From: Parasitella parasitica NRRL 2501
Taxonomy: Eukaryota > Fungi > Mucoromycota
Assembly (NCBI GenBank): GCA_025201805.1
Contig: MU619247.1
Span: forward strand, 157,885 to 221,884
Reading direction: 5' to 3'
Length of the DNA: 64,000 bases
Part shown: piece after piece, positions 36,123 through 49,619 of the stretch
How the letters are laid out: each line of letters starts with the position of its first letter
Numbering within the stretch: the stretch's first letter is position 1
Position numbers and translations under genes: made by a program
Notes under the pieces: generated by a model
Database searches by the model: none
Seen by the model: the letters and a program-made list of their open reading frames with translations, nothing else
What the model was told of the DNA's origin: nothing

Positions 36123-39100
36123 TCAAGTTGCTTTTTCTTTGCCTTTAAGAGTTTTGTGAGTAGCAAGATTCTCGGTAGTGGATGAGATTGGTGGCAGCAT
36201 GGGCTTTGCTTGTGGATTTCCATGTTGACAAACCAAACATTCCTGATTTGTACCAAGCTGTCTTTCCAAACATTCAGTGTGGAACCCATGGCCACAATGG
36301 AACAATACGTATCGTTTTTGCTTTTGTGCGTCGCCGCTTTCCGTCTCGTCCTTTTGGTCCTCCTGAATTTCATCTTCAAACCCCCATGCCAGGGAAGGCT
36401 GCAACAAGGATAGATCTAATATGTTGGCACCGCAAATTTCGCAAATAGCTCTGTTGGGTCTCCAGCCCTGTCCTCGTTTTGTAACCATATCCTGGACACT
36501 GCCAAACAGATCGCGGTCAAACAATCGGTTTGTCATTTCCAGTAATTTGCCCTCGTATTTGTAAGTGTCCAGCATGCTTAAAAATATGTCTCGAAAGTCT
36601 GCAAATGTGGTTTCTCCCCTTGCTTGGGAGTGGATCAATTTCAGTAATAAACGAGGCAAAGAAACTTGTGGCGACGTCGACAGTAAAAGCGACGTCAAGA
36701 TGGACTGCACAAACGACTTGTACGTCGTTGTAATTAGCTGTCGAACTTCAGATGGCACGCTACTGCTGCTGCTGTTTGTACCGAGCGCGTTGTATATATC
36801 AATAGATCCTTCAAAGTAGGCGTCTAAAAGACGGAACCAAAGTGTCTCTACAAGGTCATTTGGCATATCTTCCTCGTCATTATCGTCTCCAGTAGAACTG
36901 TCTTCTCCTCCACGACTCAGCTCTGGTAGATTCTCATCGTCGATTTCGGTCGGATAGCTAGTTGCAGTAGCTATGCTGCTGCTTTCACATAGTCGTGTAC
37001 TGACTCGCAGAACGCCATTGAGGCCAATCAAGCAGCTGCTTATTAAGCTTTGCTCTCCAAAAGCCCAGCTCGTTTGTGCATCAGCATGGTCTTTGAGGAT
37101 TTTGAGGATAGCAGTGTTTTTGTCCTTGGCTACGTCGAGCATCTTTTCTAGCGCGCCTTGTGTGTCTCCACTTTTTTCCATGATCCAAACAACTGCATCC
37201 ATTACGCCATATTTTTCGCAGCTCTTTCGAACTTTGTCGAGCGAAATCGCATCATCCAGTCTCGTATTGAAATAATTGAACACGCCAGAAGGATCAAAGC
37301 GACACATGAGTTCAATATAACGTTCCTGGATTGCGCCGTCCACATGAGGAGTGTGCGTTTCTTTAATGAAGCCTTGATGCACTTGATGCACTTGATGCAC
37401 TTGATGCACTTGATTTGCACTCATGTCATTGTCCCTGGCTTCTACTTCTTCTCCTCCTCCGTTTCCTTCTACTTCTTCTTCTTCTTCATAGGGCTCCAAT
37501 AGGCCTCTGAGATACGAGAACAGGCGTTTGTCTGCAGTGGCGTGATGGTCGTCGTCGTCAAACTCTTGGTCTTCCTCTAATCGTCGAATTGCGTCTGCAT
37601 GGTCGCCTTGCATGAAATTCTCGACAATGTTGGCTGCCTTTTGTCCATCAATTTCGACAAACTGAGAGATACGAATCATAAACACTCGCTTCACCTCTTC
37701 TTTTTGTCGTTCGTTAAGCTCAGAGGAGCTCAGCAGCTTCTGAGCACAACTGAAAACCTCGTCGCGGCGTTCGTCGTCCCTGAGATAAGCTTCCACCAGC
37801 TTGCCGTACTTTTTGTCTCGGCGGTAGACATCTTCCAGCACTCTCCAGAATCCAGCATCTTCGTATAACCGTACAATCTGCTCGTGGTTTCCTGGTGTAT
37901 AGACTGTCAATAGATTCTGCACAGCTTTTTCGCGGTCTATGCGGGTGATCGGATCGTGGTCCTCGGCCAACCGCACAAGCACCTTGTGTAAAGTCTTTGG
38001 TGGAAGTAATATAAATGTAGTATACATGTGGAGGTTAGAAGCTATAAACATGTAGAGTAGAATGATGTTCTCATTCGAGACGTAATCGTACGATGAGAAT
38101 CCGTGATGATCGCTGAATGCGACTGAAGGCGAAGGCACATTTATGTGGAGGCTGGGTGTCTGTCTGTTTGTGCTAAAAGATTGCACCGTTGAGCCAGAAA
38201 ACGATTGCTTGGGCCTTGGTGGAGGTAGCGGCAGGCCATTGCCCGTCAAACCGCCGCCCATGACATCCAAAAGCGTGTTGACAATGATTTGGCGAGAAAT
38301 GACTTTGCCCGGGACTTCCTCTTCAAACTTGGAGCTTAGAATGTCTTCACCGCCGTTCAGCCAAGGGTCTTTGAAGGCATCTTCCATAGTCTCCAAGAAT
38401 CGTTTCGTGTTGAATCGCAGCAACAATCGCAGATAAGGATACGTAGGCTCAGAGAATCCCTCGTCGTCATCCGCTGTCAAGACCAACTTGCCGCCTACAG
38501 GAGGCCAAACAACGCAGCGGCCAGAGAACACAAACGAATACACTGCGCTTCGGGCATCGCTTGCATCGTCAGACGCTAGCATAGCAGAACCTTCTGGGAA
38601 AGATCTGCCGGTCAGGATTAACTTGAGATACTCGAACAACTTTTCTGCATTTTGACGATTGTGTGCAATCTGTTGGTTATCACTGCTGGCTTCGTCTCTG
38701 AGCACAGATCGCACCACCTTGAGCATCTCCACTACGGGACTCACATAGTCGTGCATGCTCTTGTTCCATACATACATCATAGCCTCGTACATGCCTTCGC
38801 GATGACACATGCTGACAATCTGGTCAATGTCCAAGTTGCGAGGATTGACGTGCCAAATCACTTGTTCCAGTTCGTCCAACAATCGCTTCCGGCTGAAATG
38901 GTCCACCAAGTCTTTCATGATGGACGGCGGGACTTCTGGCACTCTATCCTCCACAATGCATGTCTCTAGCACTTCCAAAAAGATGCCCTTGACATTATTC
39001 TCTGAAAATCGCTCGTAAACAGTGTCAAAGAGGAATGCCGTGTTGTCCATGCTAAGACAAGCTTTGACGCATCCCTGGGCCAAATTTCGGAATACCACTG

Positions 39101-42100
39101 TCTCACCGCCCGCAACTTCATCTGCCATGCCTTGGTAGATTCTCTTGGACGAGAAGGTGTAGTTTAGCGAAGCCACCAGGATCTCCATCAAACTCTCGCC
39201 AACGAGAGCCTTTCTGGCCTTTTCTTCCTCAGGTAGTCCGATCACTGTTTGAATGTCAATGCCGTTATAGAAAGACGTTGCTAGCTCGATTGTCTCTAAA
39301 AGATCGCCCGCTTGTCCTAGAGCCAGAATTCGGTCCTTCCACGACAGCAACGTGCCCATAAAAATCTGATTCATGCCCAGCAGGAATATCTTTCCCTTGT
39401 AGCCTCTGATGGAGCCAAAGTAGGCCATTTCGACTGACTTTAAGACGCCGGGATTTTCGGGCGAATCCACCGTCTGGGCGGCTGCATCGATCACTAAATC
39501 CTTCAGAGGCGCATTGAACCAGTCGTGATAAACTAGCTGTTTGGTGCGAATGCTGGAATGTTGTGTCTCGACCATATTCTTGGGGTCAAACAGAATCATC
39601 TCTTCGTTTGGTGTAAATAATACGAGTATCTACGTTTCACAATGCCTAGTGAGTCAAACAAGAAAGAGCGAGAGAAAGGAGGGAGGGGTGGGGGAAAAAT
39701 AAAAATAAAAAAAATAAAAAATCGCACCTGTCTATTGATCCATTGCACGCTAACAATGGCTTCTTTGCATTTCCACTCGCCAATCTTGACAAACTCCAAA
39801 TTGGTGCCTTTCTTGTTGGGTTTGGGAGGAGGTGTCGATAATCTGGGAGTTCGACCATTTATATGCGCTTGCTTGGCGTCTTGACTATTGCTGACACCGA
39901 CGCGGAGGATGAAGAGATGACTGCCCCAGGCAAATGCCAGCATGGGGTCAGAAGATGCCAGTTGGTCTTTGCTCTTTGGCGCCTGGTTTCCTCCGCTCAT
40001 GCCCAGTTTAATCGAGGGCAACCAGGCCAAACACCCGGAAAGGGGCTCAATGTTTGCCCTGGATCGGTCATCCGTATCAACTGCAGGATCTTGAAGTGCT
40101 ACCGTTTTGGGCTTTAAAAATTTATACATGGTTTGCGGGGAGGGCTTTAGGCCAACGATAATCATCTACAACACACTATCAATACAGCAGAAAACAGAGC
40201 GCGCACCTTTGCAAAATACCTTGTATGGTGTCAGTAGTGCCACAAGGCCAAAATTTTCAGCCGGATGCGGCATCTGACCAAGAGGCAACGGTTGCATAGC
40301 AAAAACAGTGCTGGGTCTTCTAGGCTTGGGTAGTACAGACGGTGATTGAAGTCTTAGTCTTGCATTAGTAGCAAGCGCCTGAGCTCTTTGTATTTCGGGT
40401 GTCAACGAAAGATTCTGATAACGGCCCAATATGCGAGTAGTGTCTACCGCATTCACCATGATGACTTTGTAGAGAGCGTGATAAAACGCCATCCCTTGAT
40501 CGTCCCCTGAAACAATGTCTGTCTTTTTGACGCCCACAAATCCAATGTGCAAAATGGAGGATCCCTTCACATGCCCTTCTTTCCGAGGCACCTGCTGTTG
40601 CGGCGCAGACAACGCGCCAACAACTTGGCTGGCTGAAATAGGGTCAATAGTGCGTACAGGCTGGGAGGGCTTCCTCACATCCCAGACGACGATGTATCCC
40701 TGAGAATGTCCACACGCGATGGTTGTGTGGTCTGCAGACACTGCCAAAGAGGTTACCGATCCCAACTCGATGGCTAAATAGCAGCGTATTAGTGTATGTC
40801 TGGCATGATTAATGTGTCATATGCAAATACCTCTTGTGCTATCTCCAAGTATGCATTTTAGATTTTGAGAATAATCATAAACAAACACTAAGCTTCGTGT
40901 TGTGCCAATGGCCAAAACACCACTTGCAACCATCACAGAAATCAACCCACTTTCCTTTTTGATGGCGTCCGAGTACAGCTGGCTCGATACTTTGGACAGC
41001 GGCATCCACTTGAACGCTTCCCAAGGCTCGATATTCGACGTATCCGTATCCACAATGTCAAACGAAGACTGCACCGAAGCTGAGGCAGACGTAGAGGCAG
41101 ACTCACCTGCCGATGACCCCAACCGCTGCCTCAACATTTGACTATTCACAGGTGACGACAGTGATAGCTGGGACCCTGTTCTACGCGGTGAGGTGCTCGA
41201 CAAGAATGATGATCTCCCAGGTGAGGTCTTTGATATGTCTGAAGCGGAATCCTATAGTGTATACAGTTAAATTAAGCTCTTAAAATCACACACACACGCA
41301 TGCTTACAAAGTTGAGTAGACTTGATTCTGCATCATTAAATGTATCGAAATAGCCCTCTTCCTCGTCTGATGACTCGTTCAAAATGCTCTCGAGACTTAG
41401 ATAGTTGGCTTCTCAAGTATACTATATTAGTATTTGTCTTTGCATTATGCATTGCCCCCCCCCCCACCACAAACTCACCTTTCTTGACAAACTCTTCGTA
41501 GAGTCCAATTTCCTTGGATATGTCATCCAGTAAATTGACGACCTTTTGCTTCTTCTTTTCTCCAATGTTTTGCTGGGTCATACTGTTGACAAGCGGCCCG
41601 CCGTTCAAATGAATGTATAAATCGTCGCGAATCTTGTATAGCCCATTGAGGCTAGTCTGTATAATGGTGTCAGAAACAACTGGCAAATCTAGCTCGGGTA
41701 TTTGCAGCGCATGAAACTTTTGCTCTAATAAAGTCAATGATGGCACGCCGTTGATGAGACGAGTTTGATAAGGGACAGCGGCTAAAACTTTGGATAATGG
41801 GTCGGGGTGGATGCGATCAAACGGCTTTGGTGACATGAGAGGTTGATTTGAAAAGGTTGTCTGAAGAGGGGTATTGGGTCTACACGAAAATGTTAGTCTT
41901 TAGGTTCTTTTTTTTTTTCTTTCTTTCTTTCTTTCTTTTTGCATACATGGAATAATCAGAGTTTATAGACTGGGATCTTCTATGGTTCATAAAGTCTTTT
42001 AGATTTGCTAGGAACTTGCCCTTCAGCGAACGGTCTTCCAGGGCAGCCCGCAAGTCTTCAGGAAGTTCAGCCGTGGCAGCATTAAGGTCAATATCAATAT

Positions 42101-42287
42101 GATTCAGCGAATCGTCTTCATCTTCAGAGCTATCCTCGAGGACTTCCTTCAATAGAGCATCGTAGTTTTTTCGAAAAGTAGTAGCGCTGATGCTTGGTTC
42201 CATGATAGGAGAAGGTCCTAAACCAGTGCTGTTGCTGCTGCTTCTGCTGCTGCTGGCATCGTTCGAATTTTGTTTATCTGGGTTCAT
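36123..42287 (-). CDS. VPS8: CORVET subunit Vps8 (WD40 propeller, alpha-solenoid, C-terminal RING), multi-exon
   Basis: AIGTTRSLVFVYDYSQNL, VALLTPYK, LLSWKDRIL, EPTYPYLRLLLRFN, RYIELMCRFDP, WFRLLD, RDLFGSV..RGQGWRP, RING C..C..CGHGFH..C..C..C. Confidence 0.93.
37374..37414. repeat. Coding 9-bp tandem repeat (QVH)4 in VPS8
   Basis: ttgatgcac x4 followed by ttgat. Confidence 0.9.
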
Positions 42288-43189
42288 ATATTTGGAGAGG
42301 GCTACAAAAGAAAGGTCTCTGAATGTTGCTAGTGCGCCAGGATATGCTTGAAGATATATATTTTTTTTATATTTATGGTAATATAGAATTAAGGAAACAG
42401 GCTAAAGTGAAAAAGAAGGAGGAAGTGAAAGGAGTTGCAAAAACGCAGTGAAAAAGGTTTGCACATCAGGTCGAAACAAATAATCGAAAAAAAAAAAAAG
42501 GGGACCCTTTTTTGCAAACAAAGCTACCAAGTGCGTGTGTGTATCAATGTGCAGCGACAAATGCCCTTAGTTGCAACGCGGAGCACACTACAAAAAAGAA
42601 AACAAACACCCACCTGATTCCCTTGTTGTGTAACAAATGCACACTTGAACACTGCAATTGCGTTTTATGTTGCGCGAGGAATACACACCATTAAATCGAT
42701 ATTCGATGCTAGAGTCGCCAAGAAAATGCAGCGATTTGCGCTAAAAAATCAAACATTTTGTTTATAGTAACATTTGAGGCCATTGGGGGGGTGTTTTTTG
42801 TGCCATTTAAGGATAAACAAATTATAGGCAAAATTGGAAAATTTCGTAGTGGAACTCAAGACGATTTGTAAAAATGGAATGTGTTTCTATAAATCCTGTG
42901 CTTCTTAATCACGACTTTCTCTAAAGCCGAGATGGTAAGGCATGACAATCTGCATTATGAGCTGGACAGAAGCAGCCAATCACATGAGTATTCTTTGACC
43001 TGGTAAAAAAGTTTCTACATCTATCCAAATTTATTGTAAAATCCGTTCGACCCAAGCCGATTACTTTTCTATTGCCATGGTATCATATCTATGTGGTTGG
43101 CTTTTACGCCCCATTTCTGGGTATATCTACAGCATTTCCACTGAATGATCAGGTGTTAATCCAAGTGTGCATAATACGAACAGATTCCA

Positions 43190-43600
43190 AATTATGTCAA
43201 ATACACTCGAGCCATTTAAATCGCGAGACTACAAACTCTCTTGCAAGCACCAATTTTTTATTTTTACTGGCACATCAGCCTTTTAGATAGCTTTCAGTAA
43301 GAGAGGCTATATTTTGACCCAACCACAACTAATACAGCCAATTAATCGTTGCATCACATCGATGGCTACACTTGATCAGTGTAATGGCTTCATTGTATCT
43401 GCCTAAAAGCAAAACCTTGGCTTGGCCAGGGGTTTCTCTTGCTCAAGGTCATAAAGTTATAGGACACTATCCAAAAAGTCAGGACTAAAAAAAGATAGTT
43501 CGACTGGAAGAAGTACCTTTGTCGCGTAATACTGCTCAATGGTACTGGACATTACAGAAGATTGCCTTTAAGCGAGAAAACCCCCCCCCCATGATCCAGA
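43190..43600 (+). mobile_element. Highly decayed Ty3/Gypsy-like integrase relic
   Basis: LCQIHSSHLNRETTNSLAS..FYW..DQC resembles the HHCC zinc domain; LEEVPLSRNTA resembles the W.EA.PL...TA core motif. Many stops and frameshifts. Confidence 0.3.
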
Positions 43601-43974
43601 TTGTAGGGTACTTGTTTCAACCAAGAGACAAAGATACAAAAAAAAAAAAAAAAAGGTTGTTGTGGACTATTTCACAGTATATCGGCTGTTGACTAACATC
43701 AGCCCATATTTAAGTTATCTATTAGAACCATACCTTGCTCCATAATCGAAAACGGGCATTCCTTGGCAAAGTAGGCTAAACGATGGCAAAAAGACGGCAG
43801 TAAATTTAATCTCGGCGAATAATGTCCAAATTGCAATCAGTTTATCGCAACAATTGGTATATTCTTCTGAACCTTGCGCATCTAATAGGCAATTACATTT
43901 TCAAGCATATTTTAATAATCATCCAAGTCAGAAATTGGCCAGCAAATTTTCTTGTAGAAGCAGAAGATATGCTC

Positions 43975-44636
43975 TAGCTTGTTTAATTCGAGAATTACTA
44001 GGACATGTCTGGCACCAATAGGTGTATCAAAACGTGCTTTATCACTTTACTTGGGAATGTGAACATGATTCAATTGCAAAATATGATGCTTGTTATAGGA
44101 ACATACGCTGTAAAATCTGCAAGATCTGCCAAATCTGGTTTTGGCAATATCTCAACAGCAAAGATACATACCGAAAATCAAAAGTTTTAGAGAGGTACAG
44201 TTATTATACTAGTATTAGGATATATACTTGGCTTAGACCCCATATTCGTACATAAAAATGACCCTGAAGGTTGACCAAAGTTGAAAACTGAAAATCCAAA
44301 ATGAGGTTTGGGGGTCCAAACATAGCGAAATCTTCAAAATGGCCAAAAGTGCATGAAACTCGAATATGTTGTAGAATAATGCAAAAAAATAATATTTTGG
44401 CCGAAGGTCGTGTCTCTATCGCTTAATAGTTTGTAAAGATATCAGAGATTGCAGATCCCCCTAAGCAGGGAAAAGAGTTATGTTTTAGATTTGGTAGTAT
44501 TTATTTCATCCAAAAAAAAAGGTATGTAGAGATGGTTTTTAAGCCTGTATTATACAGGGTCTCAGCTATCGATTCATGTTAAGACATACCCGAGTTACCT
44601 AGTAGAATCATGCTTTGCTCCTCAATTGAAAATAGG
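43975..44636 (+). repeat. Copy 1 of a ~660-bp diverged direct repeat
   Basis: Collinear with 45448-46118; shared blocks include tctggttttggcaatatctcaacagcaaagata, agtattaggatatatacttggctt and gaaaatccaaaatgaggtttgggggtccaa. Confidence 0.9.
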
Positions 44637-45447
44637 TGGTGCACTCATTTACAGCGACAAAAAAGGCTGTAGATTGAATCTCAGCACTGTGTTTCCATTT
44701 GACCCAAACCAGTTTCGAGCTTTTTTTTGCACAGTTCATTGCTAGATATTTCAAGAACTTAATAGGTATATCCGATATGCCTATTAAGTGTTTTATGACA
44801 AAAATTAAATTTTGCATCCAACCATATAAATTACAAGGCTATAGAAATACCTTTTTTTATTACCAATTTTCAAATATTCAAAAAACGTCTTTTTTGATAG
44901 TTTTTGAGTGAAATCAAGCATATTTTAAGCACATTCAGCTCTACAAAATTGATCAAACAAAAAATAATGTCAATGCCTACACATCAAAATCTTGTTGATA
45001 ACTGTAGCTTCTTTACATCTGCCAAAAATCAGAATCTTGTCTCGACCAAAATGAATCTACAATTTTCCGGTCCTATGTTTAGAGGGCCAAAATGAAGCCA
45101 TTCAAAAGGTAAAAATCGATTCCGTTATTCGAGGTTTTCTCACTCAAAAATTGGTATTTTTCGACCAAAAAAACATCTTTAGGTGGTTATGGCGTAGCTC
45201 TATTTTATTATTGCTTTATCATGTATCTTTATATACCATTTATTGTTCCAAAAGTTATAAAAATAAATTAAGCCTCTGCTAAAAACATATGAAAAAATAT
45301 TTTTCTCAACATATCTATCTAAAAAATAGTACATCTAGTAGAGAATCGAGTTTCAAAAAGATTTTAATAATCGCTCAAGCCAAACTGTCATAGTAGTTTT
45401 TTGAGAAACAAGGGAACAAAGTTTAACGTAAAAAGACAAAATTAGCT

Positions 45448-46118
45448 CAAGCTTGTCGAATTCAAGCTACGCTACGACATGCTTATTACCGGTAGGTGTA
45501 CCAAAGTTTGCTTTATTACTTTACCTAGGGAATTGGACTTGATTTAGTTGCAAAATTTGGTGCTTCTTATAGGAACATAAGCTATAAAATCTGCAAAATC
45601 TGCCAAGTCTGGTTTTGGCAATATCTCAACAGCAAAGATAGATATCGAAACTCGGAAGTCGTAGCGAATTACAGTTATTATGCCAGTATTAGGATATATA
45701 CTTGGCTTGGACCACAAATCCGTACCTAAAAATGACTCTGAAGGTTGACCCAAAGTTGAAAATTGAAAATCCAAAATGAGGTTTGGGGGTCCAAGCAAAA
45801 CAAAATCTGAAAAATGGTTAGAGGTGCCTGGGGCTTAAATACGTTGTAGAATGGTGCAAAAAAATAATGTTTTGGCTGAAGGTTATATCTCTATCGCTTA
45901 GTGGTTTGCAGAGATATTAGAGATTGCAGATTATACTCTTAAGCAGGGAGAAGAGTAATGTTTTAGTTTTGCTAGTATTCATCTCATCCAAAAAAAAATG
46001 AACTTATAAAAAATTAAAATCTGAAGCCATGTTCTACAGCTTTTCAGCTATCTACGCATGCTAAGAAATATTCTGGTTACATATGGGGTTCATGCCTTGC
46101 TCCTAAATTGAAAATAGA
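45448..46118 (+). repeat. Copy 2 of a ~660-bp diverged direct repeat
   Basis: Collinear with 43975-44636, offset ~1.47 kb; no real ORF. Confidence 0.9.
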
Positions 46119-47073
46119 TGCTATATGTGTAGGATGGCTGTAGACTACTGCCAAATATAAATTTAAACCCAGAAAAGTGTTGCCAGACCATCTGGAACAA
46201 ATAATAGGCATGTTGGGTAAGTGTATTTAAGCATGATCGATCATAGACTCTGTATCGTTCCGTTTAGGTTTGACTATACAAATACCTTTTCTTTTTTTCT
46301 GAGTAGCAGTCAACTCTTAGACTCAACCATAAAATTCATCACATTAAAGCTCATTCACGATACTTTGCTTGCAACCGTAACTCAATTGTTTCTGCTAAAA
46401 ATCAAAATATTGCACCGGCTTGAATTCAATGATGGATGTTAATGCTTCAGCTTATAACTGCCATTTACACTAGGTGTCATAAAGATCCTCAACCCCCCCC
46501 CAAGTCCACACTTGCATTTTAATATTTTTAGAGCTTCATCATGTAACCTACCTGCTTTTTCGCATCCAATCTAGACATTTCGTTCGGATCTTGTGTGGTT
46601 GCGAACACTTTTTGATTTATCTTTCTTTTTTTAGAGACCATCAGTTTATCATGTTAAAAACAAGGAACTTGATATACAAGGAAGCTCTCGCCTTGAACAA
46701 TGTGTTTTATAATGGTCCCATGTTAATGAATCTGGCCTTATACTTTGCGAATCAAAGCCTTTCTGTAGGCTGGTTAGTCATGATTACATACGCTAAGTGA
46801 TTTAATGCAATAGATTTGTAATTAATGTGAGCTACTACAAATCCTTTCCCTTTTTAATCATAATAATATCAATTCTTCAGAAAAAAGGAGTTCTTCAATA
46901 GACATAATTCCATCAGAAACTATGAAGGTCTTCATGCATTAGCTTACCGTACCATGGTGGGACCTCCTCTGGTGACCATTTTTCATCAACGCACCGTGGC
47001 TTGATCCGATTCAGTTTTTATGTGGAAATTCCATTAATTTTTTTTCTCATTCCCTTTGATCCAAACTAACGTA

Positions 47074-49430
47074 ATGGGTAGACGGAATAGAGCTGCCTTA
47101 TTACCCACCCACTTGCCTCAGCTTCAAAACTTGATCAAGCGTGATTCCAAGTCGTATGAGGCTGAATTTCTTCAACAATGGCGTCACTTCCAATCGACAC
47201 TGTCCATCTTTTGCTTGAAGCCTGATGAAGATTCGAAACAGTTGTGTGAATTGGTTACTTTTATGAGCCAAGTAACTCAGTGTTATCCAGAGTTGACCAA
47301 GGATTTTCCTCAGCAGATTGTCGATCTTTTGAAAGAGCACTGTACTGTTCTTCATCCAGAAGTCAGGAAAAACTTGGTACAGGCTCTTATTCTCCTCCGC
47401 AACAAGGGCATTGTTGATAACACTCGGTAGGTAGATCTTGATCTAAGATTACAAACATAGACTTACTTTTTATATATATATATAGTCTTTTGCCTCTTTT
47501 CTTTACTCTTTTCAAGTGTAAAGACAAGCATCTTCGAGAAATGCTTTACAATCACATTGTCAATGATATCAAGAACTCCAATGCCAAAGTCAAGAACAAC
47601 AAATTGAATAAAACGTTGCAAGCATTTATGTTTACCATTTTGGAGTCAGCCACTACTGGAAATAGCGAAGAAAATGCCATTGCTGCTAAAAAGAGTGTTG
47701 ATGTCTGTGTTGATCTCTATCACAAAAACATCTGGAACGATGCTAAAACGGTCAATGTCATTGCTGAAGCTTGTTTTTCCCCTGTCACCAAGGTCTCTGT
47801 CACAGCTGTCAAATTTTTCTTGAACAGTAATGATCATCAGGAAGAAGAGGAAGTGGATGAGGACGTAGGTTGGTCTGTGGATTGAATGTGGATTTTGTAT
47901 CTAAGTTTTCCGTTATAGATTCCTGATCTGAAAAAGATGCAGATGGCCAATTTGCATAACAAAAAGTCAAAGTCCAAAGATCGCAAGTTGGATGCTGCCA
48001 GAAAGAAGGTCAAGAGAAAGTCGAAGAAATCTGAAAAGGCCGAGAGTTTCAATTTCTCTGCACTTCATCTTTTGAATGATCCTCAAGGTTTTGCAGAAAA
48101 GTTATATTCCAAGCTGGCAAGCAAGGACGATCGCTGGGAGGTTCGATTAATGAAGATGAACTTGGTCTCCCGTGTGATAGGTATCCATCAATTGATCATT
48201 TTAGGCTTCTATCCGTTCTTGATCAAATATCTTCAACCTTCTCAGCGTGATGTTACCATGGTTTTGGTCTGTGCCGCTCAGGCATCTCACTCTCTTGTGC
48301 CTCCAGACATTTTAGAGCCTGTTTTGAAGGCCATCGCTAATAACTTTGTCACTGACCGTGTTGCAAATGAAGTTATGGCTGTCGGCATTAACGGTATCCG
48401 CGAGATCTGTATACGCCAGCCTTTAGCCATCGAAGCTACCTTGCTACAGGACTTGACACAATATAAGCAACATCGCGATAAAAGCGTACTCATGGCTGCT
48501 CGCTCTCTCATTGCTCTTTTCCGTGAAATTAATCCTGAAATGCTGCTGCGTAAGGATCGTGGTAAGACGGCCACTATCAAGATGAAGGATGGTTCTATCC
48601 GCTCTGTTGCGTTTGGTGAATCTGCCAATAATATGGATGGCCTCCAAGGTCTTGAATTGCTCGATGCTGCCGAGAAAAATGATGAAGATTGGGGAGACTG
48701 GGAAGTCGATGATTCCAGCGACGAAAGTGAGGACGAGGGCGATTGGGTTAATGTCGCCAGTGATGATGAAAATTATGTCAATGTCAATTTGGACGATGAT
48801 AAAAAGGATTCTGGAGATGAAGAAAACAAACAGAAACTTCAGTACAAGGTTGGTCCTAACGGGGAAATTGTCAAGGCTCGTCGTATCGGTAAGCGTCAAT
48901 TGAAGAAAATGCTCGACGCTGAGGAACACAAAGAGATCACAGAAGAGCAAAGACAAAAGTTGTTAGAGGCTGTCAAAGCTCGTCGAGCCGAAGAGCAAGT
49001 CAAGCATGATGCTGCTATCAAATTGGCTACCACTCGTATCTTGACACCTGCTGATTTTGCTCGTTTAGAAGAGCTCAAGATGAACAAAGAAATTGACCAG
49101 ATTCAAGGTAAAAAGCGTGGTGCTGATGATGCTCACCACGATGGCGAAATTAATGAGATGGCCATTCTTGGTCCTCGCAAGAAGGCTAAGCAAGACTACG
49201 AGCAAAGAATGGCATCCATCCAAGAAGGACGTGACGGCCGCGAGAAGTTTGGCTCTAACAAGGGCAAGAAGGAAAGAGGTAGTACCACTAACCGCGAGAA
49301 GGCTAGAAATAAGAACTTTATGATGGTTGCGCACAAACAGTCTGTTCTTTGGAAATCCAAGCGTAGTTTGTTTGACAAACAAAAATCATTACGAGCTGCT
49401 ATTGAGAAGCAAAAGAAGCTCAAGCATTAA
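47074..49430 (+). CDS. SDA1: 60S ribosome biogenesis protein Sda1, 3 exons
   Basis: [110 protein letters not shown]. Confidence 0.96.
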
Positions 49431-49619
49431 TCCCAGTATAACCTCTATGTTTTGTATTTCTTTTTCCCCCATTTTGTTATTATCACCACCACCATGTTAT
49501 TTTCCTGTTCATTTAATATAAAATTAAACATGCATTGCTATTATAGCGTAGATTCTACTCATTTGTGTGCTAAATTTCCTCCTCCCCATTGCAAATTTGT
49601 GTATGATTTACAACACTTT

